A stretch of DNA of 64,000 bases, from the NCBI GenBank assembly GCA_003647275.1, contig QMMN01000002.1:21726-85725 (forward strand), read 5' to 3'. Below, one piece after another: positions 31,962 to 40,201 of the stretch (position 1 is the first letter of the stretch; each line of letters begins with the position of its first letter). The notes beneath the pieces were generated by a model. The model searched no databases. It was not told where the DNA came from and saw only the letters and a list, made by a program, of their open reading frames with translations. Made by a program: the position numbers and the translations under genes. This stretch comes from Deltaproteobacteria bacterium. GTDB taxonomy: Bacteria > Desulfobacterota > Desulfobacteria > Desulfobacterales > C00003060.

Positions 31962-32421
31962 CCAGATGATGGAAGCTGAAGAGATCTGTAAGAAATGCTG
32001 TTCCCGCTTACGGGAAAAGACGCGATTGCTGGGAAACTATAACGAGACGACAGCGAAGATCAAGGAGGCGCTTGAATCCAAAGATATTTTGGGATTAGAT
32101 CGCCGATTAAAGGCGCGCCAAGGCCTTATTGACAAAATCGAACAAATTGATAAAGAGATAGATACCCTTACCAGGGGCAATGGTTTTTCAATAGAAAGAC
32201 TGTCGGACAAGTCCAAAGATCTGTTTAGGGGCTATTTTGACCAGATGAGAACCGTCTTGGAACCACTATCTGGTCTGGACAGGGACTGCCTGGACCTGGC
32301 TCAGGCTGAATATGATGGCATGAAATCTGAGATATTGAAGGTGCGACAAGGACTTCGTGTAGCCAGGGGTTATAGGCCGAGATTGCATCAAAGCCCGAGA
32401 TTTTTGGATGTGAAGAGATAA
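31954..32421 (+). CDS. Helical hypothetical protein, possible FlgN/FliT-like flagellar chaperone
   Basis: About 155 aa, predicted all-helical and charged (..KIKEALESKDILGLDRRLKARQGLIDKIEQIDKEIDTL..). The ATG overlaps the fliS stop (ATGGATAG). The assignment rests on position and composition only. Confidence 0.4.
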   Translation: MDSQMMEAEEICKKCCSRLREKTRLLGNYNETTAKIKEALESKDILGLDRRLKARQGLIDKIEQIDKEIDTLTRGNGFSIERLSDKSKDLFRGYFDQMRTVLEPLSGLDRDCLDLAQAEYDGMKSEILKVRQGLRVARGYRPRLHQSPRFLDVKR

Positions 32422-32431
32422 CCAACAACAA

Positions 32432-32455
32432 ATTGACTAAGCTATTGACTAAGCT
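32432..32455 (+). repeat. Tandem 12-mer (attgactaagct x2) in the spacer before flaG
   Basis: attgactaagct occurs at 32432-32443 and again at 32444-32455. Confidence 0.8.
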
Positions 32456-32476
32456 TAAGAAAAGAATTAGAAAGGG

Positions 32477-32842
32477 ATGATATCCGTGTTGGTCGAACCA
32501 ATTTCAGTACCAAAACCTCAAATGGATCCCACATCGGCTGTCGGGCCGAAGTCAAAAGGTCCGGACCCGCCAAAAGAACCAGAGCGGTCACCGGTGAAGA
32601 AGGAAGAGAAAATAGAAGATGCTGAATTCCTTCAAGACATGTTGGAAGTTGCCCAAAAGCATTTTAATGTTCAGAATATTGGGCTTGAGTTTGCCGTGGA
32701 TGGTGGGACCGGTCGGATTAAGGTAACAGTGCTCGACAAAGAGACAGGGGAAATAGTCCGAGAGGTTCCGCCCCAGCAGGTGTTAGACCTGATGGCAAAG
32801 ATTGACGAAATGATGGGGATTCTCTTTGACCACAGGGCCTAA
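32477..32842 (+). CDS. flaG: FlaG family flagellar protein
   Basis: The C-terminal half is NIGLEFAVDGGTGRIKVTVLDKETGEIVREVPPQQVLDLMAKIDEMMGILFDHRA, the typical FlaG (PF03646) pattern. Confidence 0.8.
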   Translation: MISVLVEPISVPKPQMDPTSAVGPKSKGPDPPKEPERSPVKKEEKIEDAEFLQDMLEVAQKHFNVQNIGLEFAVDGGTGRIKVTVLDKETGEIVREVPPQQVLDLMAKIDEMMGILFDHRA

Positions 32843-32845
32843 TAC

Positions 32846-33538
32846 ATGAAGCAAGTGCAAGCCTCTTCTATTCGGACTGTGATCGTAGATGATGACAGAA
32901 CGATCGGCGACATCCTGAGGGATTTGATTTCAAAAGAGCATGTTTCGGTTGAGGTTTTCAACGATGGTTTTGAGGCTCTACAGTTCATTAAAAAACAGCC
33001 TGTGGATATCCTCATTACTGACCTTGTGATGCCCAGGATTGGAGGCCTGGAAGTATTACGCCGGGCCAAGATCACGAATCCCGATGTGGTTGTGATCATC
33101 ATCACCGGGCATGCCTCACTTGAGACTGCCATTGAGGCTGTAAGGGAAGGGGCTTATGACTATATCAAAAAACCCTTCAAACTCCAGGAGATGGAGATTG
33201 TCTTCAACAATGCTGTTGAGCGGGTCACCCTGATCCGGGAAAACAGGCAGTTGCTCAAAGAACTCAAAGAAGCCTATGACCAATTGGTTGCCATCAAGAA
33301 AGAAAGGACCGAATCCAATTATGAGGACAAAGAGGAAGAGGACAGGATGGATAGGCTTAATTTTTTTTCCCGCGACCTGCTCGGCCTTCACCTTATGCAC
33401 ACCTCTCCAATAGGCAAACCCAACTATTTTGAACAACTGCAAAATATCTCCATGCTAAAAAAGGACGGATTATTGACTGAGAAGGAATTCAATGCGTTTA
33501 AAGCCCACCTATTAAAAGCCATGAAAGCCCATGAGTGA
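32846..33538 (+). CDS. Response regulator: receiver domain + coiled coil + SHOCT-like C-terminal motif
   Basis: REC domain: VIVDDDRTIGDILRDLI..VDILITDLVMPRIGGLEVLR..VVVIIITGHASLETAIEAVREGAYDYIKKPF. C-terminus: LKKDGLLTEKEFNAFKAHLLKAM (SHOCT-like). It starts 3 nt after flaG. Confidence 0.8.
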   Translation: MKQVQASSIRTVIVDDDRTIGDILRDLISKEHVSVEVFNDGFEALQFIKKQPVDILITDLVMPRIGGLEVLRRAKITNPDVVVIIITGHASLETAIEAVREGAYDYIKKPFKLQEMEIVFNNAVERVTLIRENRQLLKELKEAYDQLVAIKKERTESNYEDKEEEDRMDRLNFFSRDLLGLHLMHTSPIGKPNYFEQLQNISMLKKDGLLTEKEFNAFKAHLLKAMKAHE

Positions 33539-35102
33539 ACCCCTGAACATATTGGTTGTTGATGATGACGAAATGATCCTTCAGGTTTTCAAGGATTTTT
33601 TGAACAGAACGGAGACCTATTCGGTCTTGACCGCGCGAGATGGGGCAGAAGCCCTTAAAATCTTTGGACGCGAGCAGGTCGATTTTTGTTTCACAGACCT
33701 TAATATGCCAGGCATGGACGGGATCGAGTTCACCAGACAGGTTCATGAGCTCGACAACACCATACCGGTTGTTGTTATGACGGGATATCCATCTACAGAT
33801 AACGCGATAGCAACCCTGAAACACGGGGTGGTAGACTTCTTGGTCAAACCGTTTAGAATTGGTGAAATAGAGGTCACGATTAGGAGGGCTTTAGAACAAA
33901 AGGCACTCTTTATTGAAAATATGCTGCTAAAGGAGGAAGTCAAAAAAAAGGAACGTATTGCCCAGTTAAATGAAGAACTGTCTAACAAGGTTAGGGATCT
34001 CAAGATATTGAACATGATTTTACAGAAGGTAGACTGGGTAACAAGGAGCTCAGACCTCTTTGATCTGATCGTTAAGCTCTCTGCAGAGATAACCAGCAGC
34101 GACGAAGTCCATTTTTATATCCTGGATGACACTTTTGAACGGCCAACACCTATTGCATCTTTTTATAAAGGATCCAAATCTGGGTGCAGTGAAGACACAG
34201 GGAAACAGGCCGATCAAGCCTGCCGGCTCGGGGACAGCAACAGTTATTTCGCAGAACGCCTTGCAAAAAAAATATCCGAAGGAATGCCGCTTCTTATTGA
34301 TGGCAGTTATGACAAGACATTTTCCGATGCAAATATCTCTTCGCTGGTTGTTATTCCGTTCAAGATTCGCAATAAGCTGTTTGGTATGCTGGCTGCCATC
34401 GCCAGAAATGGATCGGCGCCTTTAAGCGAGAAGGATCTGTACTATCTGAATTTTTTGGCTGAGAGGGCCACGTTTGTTATAGAAAATGTGGCTCTGTATG
34501 AGAACATCTACGAGAACCTTTTCGCCACGCTCTATGCTTTTGTTGAAGCGATTGAGGCTAGAGATCCTTATACCAAGCAGCATTCGAGCCGGGTAACCGA
34601 ACTTGCACTGCGCATCGGAAAGGAGATGGGATGTTCTGACGAGCAACTGGATCTATTAAATTTTTCAGGGTATTTGCATGATATCGGGAAGATCGGTATT
34701 CGGGATAGTATCCTGCTGAAACCCGGTCCCCTAACCGAGCAAGAATATGAAGCCATTAAAAAACATCCCATCATTGGCGCGAACATTGTGGGGCACTTGG
34801 GCCTTTTGGTCGAAGAGCAGAAAATCATTCTACATCATCATGAAAGATGGGACGGGAAAGGATATCCTGATGGTCTTAAAGGTGAATCGATCCCGTTTTT
34901 GTCCCGCATTCTTACCGTGGCCGATGTTTATGATGCCATGGCCTCTGACCGTGCCTACCGGAAAAGGCTTCCTGACGAGGTCGTAATCAGGACGATTAAG
35001 CAAAATGCTGGTAGCCAGTTTGATAAACAGGTGGTTGATGCATTTCTGAGGGTCTGCAAGAATAAACCAGCATTTCTCCCCACGCTTGAACCGCACCCAT
35101 AA
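33531..35102 (+). CDS. Response regulator with HD-GYP domain (putative c-di-GMP phosphodiesterase, RpfG-like)
   Basis: REC domain: ILVVDDDEMILQVF..FCFTDLNMPGMDGIEF..VVVMTGYPS..DFLVKPF. A central GAF-like region follows. HD-GYP domain: HSSRVTELAL..SGYLHDIGKIGI..HHHERWDGKGYPDGL..ADVYDAMASDRAYRK. It overlaps the upstream stop codon. Confidence 0.85.
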   Translation: MSEPLNILVVDDDEMILQVFKDFLNRTETYSVLTARDGAEALKIFGREQVDFCFTDLNMPGMDGIEFTRQVHELDNTIPVVVMTGYPSTDNAIATLKHGVVDFLVKPFRIGEIEVTIRRALEQKALFIENMLLKEEVKKKERIAQLNEELSNKVRDLKILNMILQKVDWVTRSSDLFDLIVKLSAEITSSDEVHFYILDDTFERPTPIASFYKGSKSGCSEDTGKQADQACRLGDSNSYFAERLAKKISEGMPLLIDGSYDKTFSDANISSLVVIPFKIRNKLFGMLAAIARNGSAPLSEKDLYYLNFLAERATFVIENVALYENIYENLFATLYAFVEAIEARDPYTKQHSSRVTELALRIGKEMGCSDEQLDLLNFSGYLHDIGKIGIRDSILLKPGPLTEQEYEAIKKHPIIGANIVGHLGLLVEEQKIILHHHERWDGKGYPDGLKGESIPFLSRILTVADVYDAMASDRAYRKRLPDEVVIRTIKQNAGSQFDKQVVDAFLRVCKNKPAFLPTLEPHP

Positions 35103-35176
35103 AAAACCATTCAAAGTGTGCCCGTCTGCATACTTGCTGGTTGACGACAATCCACCTTTCATCTTGCCATTAGTAA

Positions 35177-35255
35177 GTGAAGCCTCCCCCCGCCCTTCCG
35201 GACGGGGGTTCTGCCTGACGGCAGCGCTTCGCGTCCGGGGAGCAGGCCGGTCAAT
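35177..35255 (-). repeat. Dispersed GC-rich intergenic repeat, family 1, copy 2 (inverted relative to copy 1)
   Basis: gtgaagcctccccccgcccttccggacgggggttctgcctgacggcagcgcttcgcgtccggggagcaggccggtcaat is the reverse complement of the element at 14174-14250. It starts 75 bp after the HD-GYP stop codon. Confidence 0.85.
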
Positions 35256-35309
35256 AGCTTTTTAGCATGCGCCAGAGGCAGTTTTGGGGTTTACCCATAA
35301 TATGCAAGA

Positions 35310-35325
35310 TGGTATAGTGATTGCA
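35310..35325 (+). promoter_or_regulatory. Sigma-54 promoter candidate upstream of the PilZ-kinase pair
   Basis: TGGTATAGTGATTGCA has GG at 35311-35312 and GC at 35323-35324, with a perfect TTGCA -12 element. It lies about 85 bp upstream of ATG 35411. Confidence 0.6.
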
Positions 35326-35410
35326 TGCTGTGATTTCCTGTGACTATCTTGTTCCTTTAGATTAAATTGATCCTTTTGGCTGAACCAAATTTCTGAATGT
35401 GGGGGAAAAT

Positions 35411-36022
35411 ATGCAGGAATTTCCGTGCCAAGAGAGAAGAGAGTATGTCCGGACACCCTTGTGGGTTGATGTTGAGTTTACCATTTTGGATGAGGATGAA
35501 TATGAAGCTGTCAGGCGATCTGAACGGCCGCCCCCGCGGTTTATAAGCCAAGAAGCCTTGCCCCCTGGTGAAGAGGGGCAATATCAAGCGGATAGCGCAT
35601 TTCATTCAAATTTGATAGATTTTTTAATTCACATTGATCAAAAATTGGATCGCATATTAAAGCTGCTATCCAAAGTCCCCGGTCTGGAGGTTCCAGCCTT
35701 CAAGGATGACAAGTGTAAGGGGGACCTTTTTGTGGGAAAGGGTTTAGATATTAGCGGTGCCGGGATGAGTGTCATATGCGATAAGCCTATAGAGCCAGGG
35801 CGGATCCTTAGGGCGAGTTTCATGATCTCAAGATTTCCTATCATACCGTTAGTTGTATTTGGGGAGGTTGTACGTACGACACCTGTGCAAGATGATGGCA
35901 AGCAGCGCTATCAGGTTGTTATAAAGTTTATTGATCTGGATGAAGAGGATAAAGAAAAAATCATTGCTTACACATTTCAAGTCCAAAGAGATGCAATTAG
36001 AAAAAAGAAAAAGAGACAATGA
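35411..36022 (+). CDS. PilZ-domain protein (c-di-GMP receptor) with a long insertion between the two binding motifs
   Basis: RxxxR motif (QERREYVRTP) and D-x-S-x-x-G motif (LDISGAGMS). The C-terminus has a beta-barrel-like pattern. ATG 35411 is preferred over GTG 35399. Confidence 0.75.
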   Translation: MQEFPCQERREYVRTPLWVDVEFTILDEDEYEAVRRSERPPPRFISQEALPPGEEGQYQADSAFHSNLIDFLIHIDQKLDRILKLLSKVPGLEVPAFKDDKCKGDLFVGKGLDISGAGMSVICDKPIEPGRILRASFMISRFPIIPLVVFGEVVRTTPVQDDGKQRYQVVIKFIDLDEEDKEKIIAYTFQVQRDAIRKKKKRQ

Positions 36023-36870
36023 TGGATAATCGTAAAGAAAGTTCCGGAGAATTGATATTCCCATCGGCATCGTCAAGGGAACGGATGCTGCTGAGAAAAC
36101 TTATTGAAAACTATTATGGTTTGTACTTGGTTCGACTCATCAAGGGGATAATCCACAACCTCAATGGTCCGCTTCAAATCCTTTATATTCGATCTGAACA
36201 ATTGGAGCAGAGTCTGTCGCAATTACGGGGTGTCTTGCAATCAGAAACTCTTAGCGAAGCCGAGGGATTAGTAGGCCGCATGGAGGAAAGGATCAAATCG
36301 CTTTCAACGAGTCTTTATGATTTGAATACCCAACTCAGCCACCTCACAAGTGATTTGGTTATTGAAAGGCACTCTGAAGTCGGGGATGTTAAGATCAATC
36401 AAGTGGTAGAAAGCTGTCTTTATCTTCTCAATGCCAATATGTTTTTCAAGCACAACGTGAAAAAAAAGATTCGATTGGATGATGGGCTTCCAATTTTAAA
36501 GGGGAGAAAAACCGATTTTTCCCTTATCATTTTAAATCTTGTTCAAAATGCCCTAGAGGCAATGGTCGATGCTCAAGACAAACACCTTACCCTCGAAACC
36601 GCCAGCAAAGAGGACAAGGTGGTTATCAGGGTTGAGGATACTGGCTGCGGCGTCCCTGAAGAACACCGTGAATACATATATGAGACTTTCTTTACGACCA
36701 AGAAAGGAGCTGAGTACGAAGGCAAGCTTGATAAACATGTAGGCCTCGGCCTGTCACTTGTATGCCTCTTGCTTGAGGATTACAATGGAACCATTGCACA
36801 CCAAAGTGTTCCTGGCAAGACCACCTTTACTGTTGAAATCCCCTGCTTGGTCAATTTGTCAGATGGATAG
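36019..36870 (+). CDS. Soluble sensor histidine kinase (HisKA-like + HATPase_c)
   Basis: H-box-like IKGIIHNLNGPLQIL. N, G1 and G2 boxes: LNLVQNALEAM, VEDTGCGVPEE, GLGLSLV. There are no hydrophobic segments. The start overlaps the PilZ stop (ATGATGG). Confidence 0.75.
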   Translation: MMDNRKESSGELIFPSASSRERMLLRKLIENYYGLYLVRLIKGIIHNLNGPLQILYIRSEQLEQSLSQLRGVLQSETLSEAEGLVGRMEERIKSLSTSLYDLNTQLSHLTSDLVIERHSEVGDVKINQVVESCLYLLNANMFFKHNVKKKIRLDDGLPILKGRKTDFSLIILNLVQNALEAMVDAQDKHLTLETASKEDKVVIRVEDTGCGVPEEHREYIYETFFTTKKGAEYEGKLDKHVGLGLSLVCLLLEDYNGTIAHQSVPGKTTFTVEIPCLVNLSDG

Positions 36871-37233
36871 ACGACTCAGTTGTGAGGTGGCGGTATTGCC
36901 GCAATGCCCTTTGGGATGAGCCTAAAACTCAGGGATATTTGTTAAGGAAATCAGACCATTGTATCTTGCTGTGGTGGTGGGCGGTCATAAAAAAGGGCTC
37001 GTGGCCAATGGTGTCCTTATTCACGGTGAAGACGTTTGGTGCACAGCCCATAGAAGCATACGGGTGAGGATTTCAACAAGGGGACTTTGAGGATTTCTGG
37101 CCCGGGATATTAGATTAACCCCTATATACCAAGAATGATGGGAAGCATCTTTCCTAAGCCCCTTTGCGTCCATTATGGCTTCCATGAGTTCGCAACCCAG
37201 CAAATAAAGTGCGGTCATTTCAACAAACCATAG

Positions 37234-38283
<1,050 letters not shown>

Positions 38284-38381
38284 TGCTGACGGTTCGTGAA
38301 TGGCAATGCTATGGATCTCTACTTTTTTGAACCATATTCATTTCTCATAACCGCTTAGCTTGGGAAAACCACTGGATTTCA

Positions 38382-38504
38382 ACAGGCTGGCTGTTGCCCA
38401 AACAGCCGCGTACCTGGCATGAGGCTGATAAACACTCAAAGAGGGCTGAAACTTGGATTGTCGTGATTTGGGTAACAGCCTGTCAAAATTTCTAAGGATC
38501 TGAT
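38382..38504 (+). repeat. Dispersed intergenic repeat, family 2, copy A
   Basis: acaggctggctgttgcccaaacagccgcgtacctggcatgagg..aaacactcaaagagggctgaaacttgg..tcgtgatttgggtaacagcctgtcaa..gatctgat aligns with 47202-47358 in the same orientation. It contains the hairpin ggctgtt-gccca-aacagcc. Confidence 0.8.
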
Positions 38505-38823
38505 CCTTTTCCTGTATCTTCTGTCAAAAAAATGGCAGACCGGAAAAAATGTCCGTCTTAAAAGACTTGAGGTCTTGGCCTGAGCCATCTCCCAGCTTTG
38601 CTCGTTCATGTTTTTTTACGGTATTTTGTCCCAAATTATGCGATGAAACCTCCGTGGGTGAGAAGGGAATTTTCCTTAAAAGCCATGATCATATTGGCCA
38701 TCCAAAAGGGAATAATCGGCAAAAGAAAATGTAATATAAAGAGATAGTTAGATATGCCCTTGCCATTAAGGCATGATTCAATTTCATTGCCCTTTCTGAG
38801 TTTTTTGAATCATGTGCCTATTT

Positions 38824-38839
38824 TGGTGCAATTAATGCA
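38824..38839 (+). promoter_or_regulatory. Sigma-54 promoter candidate upstream of the HTH-PAS/cheW/cheA/cheR genes
   Basis: TGGTGCAATTAATGCA has GG at 38825-38826 and GC at 38837-38838, the correct spacing. It lies about 170 bp upstream of ATG 39008. Confidence 0.45.
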
Positions 38840-39007
38840 TGTAATGCATGAGGATCATTATGCGAGCGAGGGGGATAAACCTGAACAGCATACCATTGTT
38901 GTCATGACCCCGCTTGTGGCCCGTTGCGAGAAGGGGACTAAAGATTCAGGACCATTCTCCCGATAGATAGAAGCAACAGGGTATTTTGAATCTTCAGGAG
39001 CAGGGCA

Positions 39008-39595
39008 ATGGAGAAAAGTCTCTTTTCTACACCAGAGTTAGCCCACCTTTTGGGTGTATTTCACACCACCATCAGGCGATGGATTGAACGGGGTAAGATA
39101 AGGGGTATCAGGGTGGGGAGAAATTATAAGATTCCTGCCGAGGAAGTGATCCGAATATTGGATGATCATGACCTGCCCCTGCCCGAATCACTACGCAAAT
39201 ATAAGCACAAGTTGACAGATGAGAATGAGGGCTTATCCACGGTACACCATCATGGTTCTATTCTAGAAAAGTTACTCCTGGTTGAAGAAATAAAAGATCC
39301 GGCCCTCATATGCCGTAAGCAGGCTATTATAGGTGCCAATCAGGCCTGTGCGGATTTGTTTGGGTATAGCCAGGCGGATCTGATTGGTCTGGATGTTGCT
39401 GAGGTCATGAATGGCACTTTTTACGAGAAATTAGTCGATTTGGCTGAAAACCGCCGGGAGCACACTGATCAGGGACCGGCACATTATAAAGCACATTTGA
39501 AGACAGACAAGATGCAGAAAAAGAGGGTAAAGATTTCAGTTAGTTCCTTGAAGCATCTACCGGATGCTTTGCTACTGATCATAAGAGAATACTGA
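39008..39595 (+). CDS. DNA-binding protein: excisionase/MerR-type HTH (HTH_17) + PAS-like domain
   Basis: N-terminus: TPELAHLLGVFHTTIRRWIERGKIRGIRVGRNYKIPAEEV. C-terminus, PAS-like: ICRKQAIIGANQACADLFGYSQADLIGLDVAEVM. Confidence 0.65.
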   Translation: MEKSLFSTPELAHLLGVFHTTIRRWIERGKIRGIRVGRNYKIPAEEVIRILDDHDLPLPESLRKYKHKLTDENEGLSTVHHHGSILEKLLLVEEIKDPALICRKQAIIGANQACADLFGYSQADLIGLDVAEVMNGTFYEKLVDLAENRREHTDQGPAHYKAHLKTDKMQKKRVKISVSSLKHLPDALLLIIREY

Positions 39596-39646
39596 CAAGG
39601 CTTTGCTTCAAGTCGACATTCAGTCAATCCACAGCGAGGTGAGAAA

Positions 39647-40159
39647 ATGCCAGAATTGCAGGAGGGGGGTGACCGGGCTTCGGAGATGGGCCGTGGTAAG
39701 GAGGGTAAATATCTTACCTTTACGTTGGCCAAAGAGGAATACGGCATTGGCATCCTGAAGGTCAAGGAGATCATCGGGATGATGCCGATCACTTCCATTC
39801 CCCAGACCCCGGAATTTGTCAAGGGGGTCGTAAACTTGCGGGGCAAGGTGATCCCAGTGGTGGACCTGAGGCTGAAGTTCGGGATAGAGGAAATGGCGTA
39901 TACGGAACGCACCTGCATTATCGTGGTGGAGATTGCAGGGGAAGCCGGGGATGTCCTTGTCAGGATCGTGGTCGATGCAGTCTCGGAGGTATTGAACATA
40001 AAAGATGGCGATATCGAGGATGCGCCCACATTTGGCACCAGGTTGAATATGAACTACATTCTCGGGATGGCCAAGATAGAGGGGGGCGTGAAGATCCTGC
40101 TTGATATAGATCAGGTGCTGAGTACGGAAGAAATTGGCCTGTTAGATCAGGTGGGATAG
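39647..40159 (+). CDS. cheW: Chemotaxis coupling protein CheW
   Basis: KYLTFTLAKEEYGIGILKVKEIIGMMPITSIPQTPEFVKGVVNLRGKVIPVVDLRLKFG. Confidence 0.9.
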   Translation: MPELQEGGDRASEMGRGKEGKYLTFTLAKEEYGIGILKVKEIIGMMPITSIPQTPEFVKGVVNLRGKVIPVVDLRLKFGIEEMAYTERTCIIVVEIAGEAGDVLVRIVVDAVSEVLNIKDGDIEDAPTFGTRLNMNYILGMAKIEGGVKILLDIDQVLSTEEIGLLDQVG

Positions 40160-40201
40160 AGGTTTTGGGCTTTCAAGACTTACTAAGAGGGGTTTTGCTA
40201 T

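Noticed and set aside
38549-38966. Small plus-strand ORFs (61 and 70 aa) between cheB and the HTH-PAS gene, and the 83-aa ORF at 51333-51584 in the flgB leader.
   Set aside because: They have no RBS and no motifs, their translations are rich in Phe, Leu and Ser, and they overlap promoter-like or repeat sequence. They are more likely untranslated leader or regulatory DNA.
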